Part shown: positions 1-9,198 of the stretch, in pieces
Layout: every line of letters starts with the position of its first letter
Position numbering within the stretch: the first letter of the stretch is position 1
Assembly: GCA_031291035.1 (NCBI GenBank)
Contig: JAISLI010000026.1
Span: 4,537 to 68,536, forward strand
Source: Desulfovibrio sp.
Lineage (GTDB): Bacteria; Desulfobacterota; Desulfovibrionia; Desulfovibrionales; Desulfovibrionaceae
DNA: 64,000 nt
Direction: 5' to 3'
Notes under the pieces: generated by a model
What the model was told of the DNA's origin: nothing
The model's input: only the letters and a program-made list of their open reading frames with translations
The model's database searches: none
Translations under genes and position numbers: made by a program

Positions 1-97
1 GATGCCCGTGGTGGATGGATTTTTCGCGGGCGGATTCTTTGTTGATGGCTTCCAGGGGAAGCGCGACTTCGATCAGTTTTTTCCTGTATTCCATCAT
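1..97 (-). CDS. DUF1156-family DNA methyltransferase, N-terminus only (runs off the left edge)
   Basis: Minus strand from 97 reads MMEYRKKLIEVALPLEAINKESAREKSIHHGH, matching the characteristic DUF1156 start KKLIEVALPLEAIN..SAREKSIRHGHP; too short for the ORF track. Confidence 0.8.
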   Translation of the reverse strand, partial: MMEYRKKLIEVALPLEAINKESAREKSIHHGH

Positions 98-306
98 TTC
101 GTTTTCCGTTTGAATACAGCCTTAACGGAAGACAGGGCGCGGGGAGAAGAAGGGGTCATGTTCCAGACTTCCTTTTCTCCATTGTCCGCGTCGTTCGCGC
201 CGGACCGCAGGGGCAGGCCCAGGTCCGGGATCAGGAAGCAGGCGCCGAAAAAAAGGATCGCCTGTTTACGCGGGGCGTTTCCGGGATGTTCACATGATGT
301 CTTCAT
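94..306 (-). CDS. Small hypothetical protein (70 aa), translationally coupled to the DUF1156 gene
   Basis: GGAGG RBS before ATG at 306; stop TGA overlaps the DUF1156 ATG; short hydrophobic stretch ILFFGACFLI. Confidence 0.35.
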   Translation of the reverse strand: MKTSCEHPGNAPRKQAILFFGACFLIPDLGLPLRSGANDADNGEKEVWNMTPSSPRALSSVKAVFKRKTK

Positions 307-470
307 GGGGCCTCCGGAGTGACGGGTAGAGGGCAAGAAAAAAGGCCGCAAATGACTGACAGGGGCATACCTTTCAGACTTGCGGCGAAAACGACGAAAC
401 GGCCCTGTCTCCCGAAGGAAACAGAGCCGCTCTGAAATGGAAAAACCGCGCCGTTCCTGGCGAAAGGCGC

Positions 471-521
<51 letters not shown>

Positions 522-1180
522 AAATCAGGCCACAACAGCCGATTTCAGCCCGCGCGTCCATCCTTTTTTTCTTTTTTCCGGGATGAATATCCTTTTTCGC
601 CCGCATCTTCATGCCCTCCGCCCAAGGAAAAAATGTCCGTCCGGCAGTGCCGGAACGTCGCACAATTGTCACACAGACGAAACACCTACCTGTTCGCGGC
701 GCGAAAGTAAAGGTTTTTCTTCATACTTTTCCGGGCACCCGAAGAAAATTCATAGAATCTTGAAATAACAAGTATTTTATACGATTTCGCCTGAAAATAT
801 TCCTCTGATAAAGAAGCACTGAATGATCCCGGTCCGGGCGGACAAAAAAATTTTACAAAGATTTTTTCTCTTGACAGTCGCCCGGACATGCCGGGGGCGA
901 GGTTCGGGCCTGTGATAAAATAAAATGAATATTCGTGAGAAAAATGAAGAAAAATTGATCTGCATTTGTTAAAAAAGCTTTTTTAAAATGTGAATTTCTT
1001 CAAAATACAGAAGATTTTCAAGGCTGAAAAATTGGGATGAATCTTCGACGGCAGAAAAAACAATATTTATATTGGCATATTATGCGTGTCCTTCTTTGGG
1101 AAAAATAAAAACAGCTCCTCAACATATATGCCTCTTCCGCTCCGGTTGTCCAAAACTTCCAGCTTGCGTAAAAGTATCCC

Positions 1181-2533
1181 ATGCAAGAAAAATGGACCGC
1201 AATTTCAGAAAATCTGGAAAAAACACTTGATCCGGGCACGTTTAAGGTCTGGATTGCGCCGTTGCGCGCCGCCGTGCGGGAGAAGAGCCTCTGTCTTTTT
1301 GCCCGGAACGCCTTTGTGGCGGACTGGCTGAAAACCCGCATGACGGCCCGCCTGCGCGAAGCCGCGGCTCCGGTTCTCGGCGTTGATCCCCAGGATGTGG
1401 AGATACGCATCGAGATTGAGCCGGCGCGGAATACAGCCCCCCTGAAGACCACGTTCGCGCGCCGGATCTGTCTGCCCCTGCCCAGGTGCGAGATGGGCAG
1501 GGGGGATCAGGTGTGGCGACACTCCTTTGAGGATTTTGAAGTGGGCTGCAGCAACAGCGTGGCCGTGGCCGCCGCCAGGGACGTCTGCGACAACGGCGGC
1601 ACTGTGAACACGCTGTTTGTGAACTCCGCCTCCGGCCTTGGCAAGACCCATCTGACGCACGCCGTGGGCAAGGCCATCAGCCAGTCACCGCGGGACATTC
1701 GCATAGCCTATATGACGGCGGAAGACTTTACCCGGCGTTTTGTCACGGCCCTGCGGCGACGGGAAGTTGAAGGATTCCGTGAATGTTTTGCTGATCTGGA
1801 GGTGCTGCTGCTTGAGGATGTGCATTTTCTGCAGGGCAAGGAAAAAATCCAGGAAATAGCCCTGACGACCCTCAAAACCCTGCAAAACCAGGGCGGCAGG
1901 GTTATCTTCACGTCGTCCTTTTCCCCGCGCGAGCTGCAGGAGGTGGACGGCAGTCTCGTCTCGCACTTCTGTTCAGGCATCCTCACCTGCATGGAACGTC
2001 CATCCAGAGACATGCGCCGGCGCATCCTCATGCGCAAGGCAAAACAGTTTCAGGTCATTCTGCCCGACGACGTCTGTGATCTTCTGGCCTCGCGCCTGCG
2101 CGGGGATGTTCGCCAGTTGGAGTCCTGTCTCAACAATCTGGCTTTCAAGGCCCGTCTGCTCAACTGCGGCATCAATCCGCAACTGGCAATGGACGTGCTG
2201 TCGCAATATGCCGGCACGGAATGCGGCGCGGACATGCGGACCATCATACGCCTTGTCTGCGAAAGTTTCGGCCTGACGGAACGGCAGATCGGCTCGCGTT
2301 CACGGCGCCATGACTGCGTTACAGGACGCAACACGGCATATTATCTGGCGCGCAAGCACACCGAGCTTTCCCTGGAAGAAATAGGCGCGACGTTCAATCG
2401 CCGCCACTCCACCGTCATCAAGGGTATTACATCCGTGGAGCGGGAAATCTCCAGAGAATCCACCGAGGGGCGCCGACTTGCCGGCACGGTGCGCCTCATT
2501 GAGCGGAATGCCGGTCTTTCCGCCACCCTTTAG
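1181..2533 (+). CDS. dnaA: Chromosomal replication initiator DnaA (divergent paralogue)
   Basis: 450 aa; domain I WIAPL, Walker A SASGLGKT, Walker B LLLEDVHF, DVRQLES, domain IV SLEEIGATFNRRHSTV. Confidence 0.9.
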   Translation: MQEKWTAISENLEKTLDPGTFKVWIAPLRAAVREKSLCLFARNAFVADWLKTRMTARLREAAAPVLGVDPQDVEIRIEIEPARNTAPLKTTFARRICLPLPRCEMGRGDQVWRHSFEDFEVGCSNSVAVAAARDVCDNGGTVNTLFVNSASGLGKTHLTHAVGKAISQSPRDIRIAYMTAEDFTRRFVTALRRREVEGFRECFADLEVLLLEDVHFLQGKEKIQEIALTTLKTLQNQGGRVIFTSSFSPRELQEVDGSLVSHFCSGILTCMERPSRDMRRRILMRKAKQFQVILPDDVCDLLASRLRGDVRQLESCLNNLAFKARLLNCGINPQLAMDVLSQYAGTECGADMRTIIRLVCESFGLTERQIGSRSRRHDCVTGRNTAYYLARKHTELSLEEIGATFNRRHSTVIKGITSVEREISRESTEGRRLAGTVRLIERNAGLSATL

Positions 2534-2832
2534 CCCGCTCGCACAAAAGCTCAATATCTCCGCCCGCGGCCAGATTCAGCATCTGGCGAACTGACGCACG
2601 GCCGCCAGACTGTGGGGATTGGCGTTGAAAATGCCGACGAACAGGGCAGCGTCCTCGGTAAGCATTTTTTTTGGCCGCGTCCAGGCGGCGAGAGAAAAAA
2701 TTTCCGCACCAGGGCCAGATGCCCGGCTTTTGCCCCGCGTCCGGGAACCACGGCCACGGGCTTGTCATCGTTCGCGGCGGATGCCGGACCGAAAAGAGGA
2801 TGCGCGCCCACGAGCACGATTTTGTCCTTCAT
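2496..2832 (-). pseudogene. tyrA: Prephenate dehydrogenase pseudogene
   Basis: Follows aroA with ATGA overlap; GAHPLFGP motif, then FSRRLDAAKK / MLTEDAALFVGIFNANP / QMLNLAAGGDIELL in different frames; NAD-binding GxGxxG region absent. Confidence 0.8.
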
Positions 2833-4220
2833 GCGATTTGTCTCCAGATATCCCAAAATTGCGGAAAGGACTTCGCGACCACCGAGGGATCGTCCAGACG
2901 CGCCTCCATGTCAAGCGCGCCGTCGGGACGGCCCAGGCCCAGCAGGGCCAGCGACATGGCGATGCGGTGATCATTGTGGGCCGAAAAAACAGCGTCTCCC
3001 GCGAGGCGCGGTCGGTCGGGATACACCCCCCGCACAACAAGGCCGTCCGCTTTTTCCTCGACCACAATGCCCGCCTTGCGCAACTCGGCGGCCGGGGCCG
3101 CGATGCGGTCTGACTCCTTGACACGCAGATGCGCCGCGTTGTACAGGCGGCTCGCCCCTTTGGCAAAAGCGGCCAGCACGGCCACTGTGGGAACCAGATC
3201 GGGGCAGGAACCCATGTCAACATCCACCGCGCGCAGCCCTGACGGAAAAACCGTCACCGCACCCGGCCCGGTTTCCACGCGCGCGCCCATGGACCTGAGG
3301 ATATCCAGAAAAATCCTGTCTCCCTGCGGAGAATCCTCGCGCAGCCCCTCCACGCGCACAGGCCCGCGTCCCAGCGCGCCCGCCGCCAGCAGGTAGGACG
3401 CGCCGGACCAATCCCCTTCCACGAGGTAATCGCCGGCGCGGTATTTTGAAGGCCGTACGGTCACGCGCAGACATCCCGGCCTTACCGCGGCGACAGCGCG
3501 GCAACCTTGCACAGTGTTTCTCCGCCAGGCCGAATGTACATCGGAACGCGTTTCCACGCGGACGTCAATGCCGAAATCCTCCAGGCACTGAAGAGTCAGG
3601 CCCACATAGGGCCAGGAAACGGCCCTGTCTCCCGCCACTTCCAGGGTAAGAGGGGCCGCCGCCAGAGGCCCGGCCAGCAGAAGACCGGAAAAATACTGGC
3701 TGGACACATTCATGCCTATCCGGAGACTGCCTCCGCAACGCGCCGGGTCAAGGCCGCGGGCGTGCAAAATCAGGGGCGGGCAATCCGGTTTCCGCTCAAA
3801 ACGAACCTCTGCCCCGAGGCGGACCAGAGCATGGACAAGCTCCCCGATGGGGCGCTCGTGCATGCGCCCGGCTCCGTGGATATGAAAAAATCCCTTGCCG
3901 GCCGCCAGTACGGCCGTGAGCAGACGGCAGGTTGTGCCGGATTCGTGCACATCGCAGGAAAGCGCGCCGCCCGCCTCGTCGCCGCCTCTGGGTATGGTCA
4001 TGCCGCTCACCTCCCAGCCGTCGGGCAGGGCGTTCACGGTCGCTCCGGCCGCGCGGAGAATGGCCCGGGTGCGTTCCAGATCCCGGCTTTCCAGAGTGTT
4101 CCGCACACGGGATACCCCGGGCGCGAGGGCCGCGCCGACAAGATAGCGGTGCGAGGCGGACTTTGAGGCCGGGGCCGCCACGGAAACAATGCCGCTACGA
4201 CGCGTCACGGTCGTCCTCAC
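2829..4220 (-). CDS. aroA: 3-phosphoshikimate 1-carboxyvinyltransferase (EPSP synthase)
   Basis: APASKSASHR, ESGTTCRL, SSQYFSG, LRVKESDR, HNDHRIAM, VAKSFPQFW; start estimated at GTG 4220. Confidence 0.95.
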   Translation of the reverse strand: MRTTVTRRSGIVSVAAPASKSASHRYLVGAALAPGVSRVRNTLESRDLERTRAILRAAGATVNALPDGWEVSGMTIPRGGDEAGGALSCDVHESGTTCRLLTAVLAAGKGFFHIHGAGRMHERPIGELVHALVRLGAEVRFERKPDCPPLILHARGLDPARCGGSLRIGMNVSSQYFSGLLLAGPLAAAPLTLEVAGDRAVSWPYVGLTLQCLEDFGIDVRVETRSDVHSAWRRNTVQGCRAVAAVRPGCLRVTVRPSKYRAGDYLVEGDWSGASYLLAAGALGRGPVRVEGLREDSPQGDRIFLDILRSMGARVETGPGAVTVFPSGLRAVDVDMGSCPDLVPTVAVLAAFAKGASRLYNAAHLRVKESDRIAAPAAELRKAGIVVEEKADGLVVRGVYPDRPRLAGDAVFSAHNDHRIAMSLALLGLGRPDGALDMEARLDDPSVVAKSFPQFWDIWRQIA

Positions 4221-5382
4221 ACGAATTTTCCCCGCTGTTATGCTCCAGACGCGGACCGGCCGGATATGCTCCCAGAATGCGAAAGCTCGTACAGACATCC
4301 TCCAGCCGACCGCGGAGGGCCGTGTGCCGCCTGGCGGTGAGATCGCTCTCCACATCCGCGAAAAAGACATAACGCCAGCTTTGCCCGCGCAGGGGGCGGG
4401 ACTCCAGCTTGCGCATGTTGATGCCGCCGTCCGCAAGCAGGGTGAGCACTCCGGAGAGAGCGCCCGCTTTGTCCGGCAGGGTAAACAACAGGGATGTCTT
4501 GTCCGCCGCGCCGCCGGCTTCGGGAGACGGCAGGGACTGAAAAGCCGCCCTGGGACCGATGACGACGAAACGCGTCCAGTTGTCGGAAAGGTCTTCAATA
4601 CGCCGGGCCAGAATGCCGAGACCCAGCATGTCGGACAGTTTGCGGTGTCCGATGGCCGCCGCGCTCCCGTTTCCCGCCGCGTTCCGGGCGGCGGCGGCAG
4701 TGGATTCCACCGGCACAAGGGCCGCCGTGGGCAAATGGACGCGCAGCCAGCCTCCGCACTGGGCCAGAGGCTGAGGATGGGAATACACGGTGCCTATGGC
4801 CGCAAGGGATGGCGCATCGCTCAGCAGACAGTGGGAAATGCGCGAAAACAGCTCCGCCTGGATGAAGACATCGTGGCTCAGGAAAAAGTCAAAGCTCACG
4901 CCGACCGTGCCTTGCAGGGAATTTTCCAGGGGCACGACGCCGAGGTCGCACCGGCCGGAAGAAACCTCTTCAAAAATCCCGGCAATGTCGCCGCAGGGAT
5001 GGAAAGAAGCCGCGTGCCCCAGGTATTCCACCCCGGCAAAATAGGAAAAGGTGCCTTCAGGGCCGAGATAGGCCACGTTCTGGGGACGCTGCAGGGCGCG
5101 GGAGGACGAAAAAATCTCGCGCCATACGGCCCGCAGGTGATCCGCGGGCAGGGGGCCCGGATTCCTGCGCACAAGGCTCTCCAGCACTTCACGCTCCCGA
5201 AGGGGCTTGAAGACGCCTGGTCCCATGTTCTTTTTGATGCTTCCCACTTCAAGGCTCAATGACGCCCGGCGATTGAGCAGGTCAAGCAGGGCGGCGTCCG
5301 CGGCGTCGATTTCCGCCCTGATGGCGGCAAGGCGTTCGGCCGGACTTGAGCGGACTTCGGCGTTTGCGAACGATTCCGTCAT
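4195..5382 (-). CDS. pheA: Chorismate mutase / prephenate dehydratase
   Basis: N-terminal CM (IRAEIDAAD..LLNRR), AYLGPEGTFS, VVPLENS, NWTRF, ACT domain KLESRP. Confidence 0.95.
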   Translation of the reverse strand: MTESFANAEVRSSPAERLAAIRAEIDAADAALLDLLNRRASLSLEVGSIKKNMGPGVFKPLREREVLESLVRRNPGPLPADHLRAVWREIFSSSRALQRPQNVAYLGPEGTFSYFAGVEYLGHAASFHPCGDIAGIFEEVSSGRCDLGVVPLENSLQGTVGVSFDFFLSHDVFIQAELFSRISHCLLSDAPSLAAIGTVYSHPQPLAQCGGWLRVHLPTAALVPVESTAAAARNAAGNGSAAAIGHRKLSDMLGLGILARRIEDLSDNWTRFVVIGPRAAFQSLPSPEAGGAADKTSLLFTLPDKAGALSGVLTLLADGGINMRKLESRPLRGQSWRYVFFADVESDLTARRHTALRGRLEDVCTSFRILGAYPAGPRLEHNSGENSCEDDRDAS

Positions 5383-5385
5383 AAC

Positions 5386-6372
5386 CTAGACCTCCCGTAT
5401 GTCTTCATGCACGCGCATGCCGAAATGCCGGCCCGCCTCGTCAGCGCGGCAGAGCACAACATCGCCGCGCCTGATCCCCACAACGCTCAAAGGGGTGCCG
5501 TCCGGGGCCGTCAGGCGTATGGTTTCCGCATTCTGCAAAAAAATCCCGCCGCTTTTTTTCAGACCCCGCTCGGCTTCGATCTCGGCTTCTATGTAGAGCA
5601 TGGGTCTCACCTCAATCTTGACGCGCCCCAGGGTGGCAAGCCGCGCCGCCCCGTCCGCGCTGACGATGAGAACTTCCCTGCCGGCGGCAAGCTCTCCCAG
5701 ATACGTGGTCCTGTCACGGGGCAGACGCACATAGGCGTGCACGGCTCCGGCGTTGACCCGAAAAGGCCGCGCGGCCACATATTCATTGTGCTCGGTTTCC
5801 GCATGGACGAGAAAGGTAAAGGCAGAGGAATTGCCCACGAGCATGCCTTCCCCCCGGCGCAGGAGGGAAAGGGTGTCCGCGCAGACGCGGTGGCCCAGGC
5901 CCGCGGCCTCCACGCGGGTGACGAGGCAGGGCTTCAGGTCTTCCCGGTTCTGGGAAAGTTTACAGGCGGCCACAATTTCCCTAACTTCCCCAATCGCCTC
6001 GTCCGTCAGCACGACGCCGGCCACTCCGCGCTCCAGAATGCCGGAGGCGAGTCTTGCCTCGTCAAGGCCGCCCGCTTCGACAAAAACGGCGTCGCTGCCG
6101 GCCAGCAAATTCTCCACGGGAATCACCTCCCAGCCGCGGGCCAGCACCAGACGTTCCCCCCCCCGCAAGCGGACAAGCGCGTCCTGTTCGTCGGATTTGG
6201 CAGCCAAGGTCACGCGGCGCGTTTCCTCATCAGCCCAGACGACGCAGCGGGCAAGAGCCGAGGCCTGCCCGGCCATATCCCGGGGCACAATCAGGCCGTC
6301 CACGCCGGATTCCAGGGCCAGGGTCACATGTGCCTTGTTGTAGGGCACGGAGCGGAAATATATCTGCGGCAT
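5386..6372 (-). CDS. 3-dehydroquinate synthase II (archaeal-type AroB')
   Basis: GHRVCADT, GEGMLVG, RPFRVNAGAVHAY, GRVKIEVRP, LQNAETIRL, GRHFGM. Confidence 0.93.
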   Translation of the reverse strand: MPQIYFRSVPYNKAHVTLALESGVDGLIVPRDMAGQASALARCVVWADEETRRVTLAAKSDEQDALVRLRGGERLVLARGWEVIPVENLLAGSDAVFVEAGGLDEARLASGILERGVAGVVLTDEAIGEVREIVAACKLSQNREDLKPCLVTRVEAAGLGHRVCADTLSLLRRGEGMLVGNSSAFTFLVHAETEHNEYVAARPFRVNAGAVHAYVRLPRDRTTYLGELAAGREVLIVSADGAARLATLGRVKIEVRPMLYIEAEIEAERGLKKSGGIFLQNAETIRLTAPDGTPLSVVGIRRGDVVLCRADEAGRHFGMRVHEDIREV

Positions 6373-6375
6373 CGT

Positions 6376-7173
6376 CTATTCTCCAACAATTTCCAGGGCC
6401 GCGTCCACGGTGGCGTCTTCGTGGACAATGGCGCGCAGAGCCTTGATAAGGTCAACGCGGCGGGGATGCTGGAACACGTTGCGGCCAACGGAAATACCGG
6501 CGCCGCCGGCCTGAAGGGAATCATAAATCATTTGCAGGATATCGCGGGTTGACTCCATGCGCTCGCCGCCGGCTATGACAACGGGCACACAGCAGGCGGC
6601 AATCACGGTGGAAAAGCTCTCCATATCCCCGGTATAGGGAACCTTGACAATATCCGCCCCCAGTTCCACGCCGACGCGCGCGCAGTGGGCCACAACATCC
6701 GGCGCATAGCCGTTGGGCACCCTCGGTCCGCGCGCGTATACCATGGTCAGCAAGGGCATGCCCCAGTTGTCGCACGCTTCGGCCACCTTGCCCATGTCCG
6801 CCAGCATGAACCGTTCGTTGGGGTCGCCCAGGTTGACATGCACGGACACGCAGTCCGCGCCGTGCCTGATGCCTTCCTCCACCGTGCCCACGAGTGTTTT
6901 GGTGTTGCCGGCCGGGCTCAGTGCGGTGGAGGCGGAAAGATGGACAATCAGGCCTATGTCCTTGCCGGCGCTACGGTGGGAGCAGCGCACCAGCCCCTTG
7001 TGCATCAATACCGCGTCGGCGCCGCCCCTGGCCATGTCGTTGACGGCCAGGCGCATGTCTATGAGACCTTCCACCGCGCCGATGGTGACCCCGTGATCCA
7101 TGGGCACAATGATGGTGCGGCCGTTTTCCCTGTTGATGATGCGTTCCAGACGGACTTTTTTGCCGAGATACAT
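6376..7173 (-). CDS. 2-amino-3,7-dideoxy-D-threo-hept-6-ulosonate synthase (class I aldolase, AroA')
   Basis: IVPMDHG, ELGADIVKVPY, VPVVIAGG, VGRNVFQH; adjacent to DHQ synthase II. Confidence 0.9.
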   Translation of the reverse strand: MYLGKKVRLERIINRENGRTIIVPMDHGVTIGAVEGLIDMRLAVNDMARGGADAVLMHKGLVRCSHRSAGKDIGLIVHLSASTALSPAGNTKTLVGTVEEGIRHGADCVSVHVNLGDPNERFMLADMGKVAEACDNWGMPLLTMVYARGPRVPNGYAPDVVAHCARVGVELGADIVKVPYTGDMESFSTVIAACCVPVVIAGGERMESTRDILQMIYDSLQAGGAGISVGRNVFQHPRRVDLIKALRAIVHEDATVDAALEIVGE

Positions 7174-7222
7174 GTGTGCGCTCCTGTGGTTTCAAATGTG
7201 CTGATTACGCCGGAGCGGCTCC

Positions 7223-7257
7223 AAAAAAAGGGCCGCCGGCGTTGTGCCTGCGGCCCT
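7223..7257 (-). terminator. Intrinsic terminator of the aro operon attenuator
   Basis: Minus strand AGGGCCGC-AGGCACAACGCCG-GCGGCCCT followed by a U-run, about 50 nt before the aroA' start. Confidence 0.85.
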
Positions 7258-7281
7258 CTGACTTTCTTGCTCGCGTTCGCG

Positions 7282-7383
7282 TCAACCAAGTCCCCGACCA
7301 CAGGCTCCGGCAAAATACGCAAAAAAGAACCAGCGAAAGCCGGCGGCGTACGGGGAGGAAGTGGCGGAAACAAAGGACTGCAT
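7282..7383 (-). CDS. Aromatic amino-acid leader peptide (33 aa)
   Basis: GGAG RBS; MQSFVSATSSPYAAGFRWFFFAYFAGACGRGLG*; 9 aromatic residues; precedes terminator; segment 7305-7296 can pair with the terminator 5' arm. Confidence 0.8.
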   Translation of the reverse strand: MQSFVSATSSPYAAGFRWFFFAYFAGACGRGLG

Positions 7384-7457
7384 GATGTGGACTCCGTAAC
7401 GGGAATGCGGATAGCCCGTTGCGAAAAATTTGTCAATACATTTTTTCGGGCACCCCA

Positions 7458-7487
7458 TTGACAGGCCCCGCAAAGCGGACATACATT
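7458..7487 (+). promoter_or_regulatory. Putative sigma70 promoter of HD-protein/ddl
   Basis: TTGACA-18 nt-TACATT; a divergent TTGACA on the minus strand nearby could drive the aro leader. Confidence 0.4.
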
Positions 7488-7557
7488 CCCGCATGCGCCA
7501 GACGAAAATAGCGGCAGGCCCGCGGTTGTTTCCGGCGGTTCGCGCGCACTGGTCATT

Positions 7558-8241
7558 ATGAGTACTGACAAGGCCGACGCTCCGCCCGGAAGATCCGCTC
7601 CCCGCCGTCCGATGACCGGACTGCCGCAGTGCGGAGCGCTTGCCCGCGCGCGTCCTCTGCCGCCCCCACCGGATGATGATCGCTGTTTCGCCCTGTGGCG
7701 CGCGTATGAAATGCTTCCCAACGTGCGGGGCCATTCGCTTCTGGTGGCCCATATCGCCACGCGTCTGGCCGAGCGCGCGGTGGAACAAGGTTTTGACGTT
7801 TCCGTGGAACAGGTGCGCGCCGCCGCCATGCTCCACGACATCGCAAAAAGCTACTGCGTCAGGTACGGCGGCAGCCATGCCATGATCGGCGCCAGTTGGG
7901 TTGTGGAACGCACAGCCCATTACCCTGTGGCGCAGGGGGTTCTGTTCCACGTCCACTGGCCCTGGCCTCTGCCGGAGGGTGCGAGTATCTGCGGCCTGCC
8001 CTTTTTCATCATTTATGCGGACAAAAGAGTGCGCCACGACCACTGCGTCAACCTGAAAGAACGCTTTGAAGATCTGCTCGCGCGTTACGGCAAAAACGCG
8101 GAGGCCAGACAAAGCATACGCGAATCCTTTGCCCAGGGAAAAAACATTGAACGCGCCTTTACTGCGCTGCTGAAATGGGACATGCATGAAGATTCTTTTG
8201 ATTGCGGGCGGTTGGTCGAGCGAGAGGGAGGTTTCCCTTGA
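7558..8241 (+). CDS. HD-domain phosphohydrolase
   Basis: GHSLLVA, AAMLHDIAK, GGSHA, IIYADKRV. Confidence 0.8.
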   Translation: MSTDKADAPPGRSAPRRPMTGLPQCGALARARPLPPPPDDDRCFALWRAYEMLPNVRGHSLLVAHIATRLAERAVEQGFDVSVEQVRAAAMLHDIAKSYCVRYGGSHAMIGASWVVERTAHYPVAQGVLFHVHWPWPLPEGASICGLPFFIIYADKRVRHDHCVNLKERFEDLLARYGKNAEARQSIRESFAQGKNIERAFTALLKWDMHEDSFDCGRLVEREGGFP

Positions 8242-9103
8242 CGGCGCGCGCGGCATGGAGAAAACTCTGCTGGCGCGCGGGCACAGGGTTACCTTTTTCG
8301 ACCTGCTTGGCGGCTTTGACAACCTGCTCGCCACGGCGGCCGGACACGATTTTGCCTTCATCAATCTGCACGGCGCGCCGGGAGAGGACGGTCTTGTGCA
8401 GGCCATGCTGGATCAGGCGGGCTGTCCCTATCAGGGGTCAGGCCCGGCCGGTTCCTTTCTCGCGCTGCACAAAGCCGCCGCCAAGCAGATTTTCCGTCAG
8501 GCCGGCCTGCCTACGGCCGATTGGGAATATCTGCCGCTCCCGCCGGAAAAATCATGGCGGCCGCGCCTGCCCTACCCGCTCTTTGCCAAAAGCAATACCG
8601 GCGGGTCCTCGCTTCGCATGGGCCGCGCCCGCGACCGCACCGAACTGGACGCAAAACTGGCTGAGATTTTTGCCGCCGGAGACGAAGCCCTGCTGGAAAG
8701 CGAAGTCAAAGGCAGGGAAGTCACTTGCGGGGTACTGGGAGAAGAGGCCCTGCCCCCCATTCTCATTGAGCCCGTCGGCTCGGTTTTTTTTGACTACCGG
8801 AGCAAATACGCCGTCGGCGGCGCGCGGGAGGTCTGCCCCGCCCCCCTTCCGCCCCCGGTTGTAAACGAAGTGCGGAAACTTGCTCTCGCGGCCCACAGGG
8901 CGCTGGGGCTCTCCGGCTACAGCAGGGCGGATTTCATTCTGGACAAAAAGGGGGAATTGATCCTGCTCGAAGTCAATACCCTGCCGGGCATGACCGCCAC
9001 AAGCCTTGTGCCGCGGGAGGCCAAAGCCGCGGGGCTGGATTTCGGCGACCTGCTGGAAAAACTCATGGAACTCGGCAAGCCGCCCGCTTCCGCCGAAAGC
9101 TGA
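8186..9103 (+). CDS. ddl: D-alanine--D-alanine ligase
   Basis: GGWSSEREVSL, LHGAPGEDG, GGSS, GREVTCG, SRADF, LEVNTLPGMT. Confidence 0.95.
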   Translation: MKILLIAGGWSSEREVSLDGARGMEKTLLARGHRVTFFDLLGGFDNLLATAAGHDFAFINLHGAPGEDGLVQAMLDQAGCPYQGSGPAGSFLALHKAAAKQIFRQAGLPTADWEYLPLPPEKSWRPRLPYPLFAKSNTGGSSLRMGRARDRTELDAKLAEIFAAGDEALLESEVKGREVTCGVLGEEALPPILIEPVGSVFFDYRSKYAVGGAREVCPAPLPPPVVNEVRKLALAAHRALGLSGYSRADFILDKKGELILLEVNTLPGMTATSLVPREAKAAGLDFGDLLEKLMELGKPPASAES

Positions 9104-9198
9104 TTCAGGCCGCCGGCCTGACCGGGATGAACCACCCGGGCTTCAGCAGTTTCGTCGTCCCGGCCGTAATGCCGGTGGGACAGGAGCTTGCGCACATA

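Noticed and set aside
2-322. 106-aa plus-strand ORF at the window start
   Set aside because: Antisense to the DUF1156 start, which has a clear family signature
700-1180. Possible oriC upstream of dnaA
   Set aside because: AT-rich but no TTATCCACA-type boxes found by eye, and no dnaN/gyrB context; GC-skew analysis would be needed
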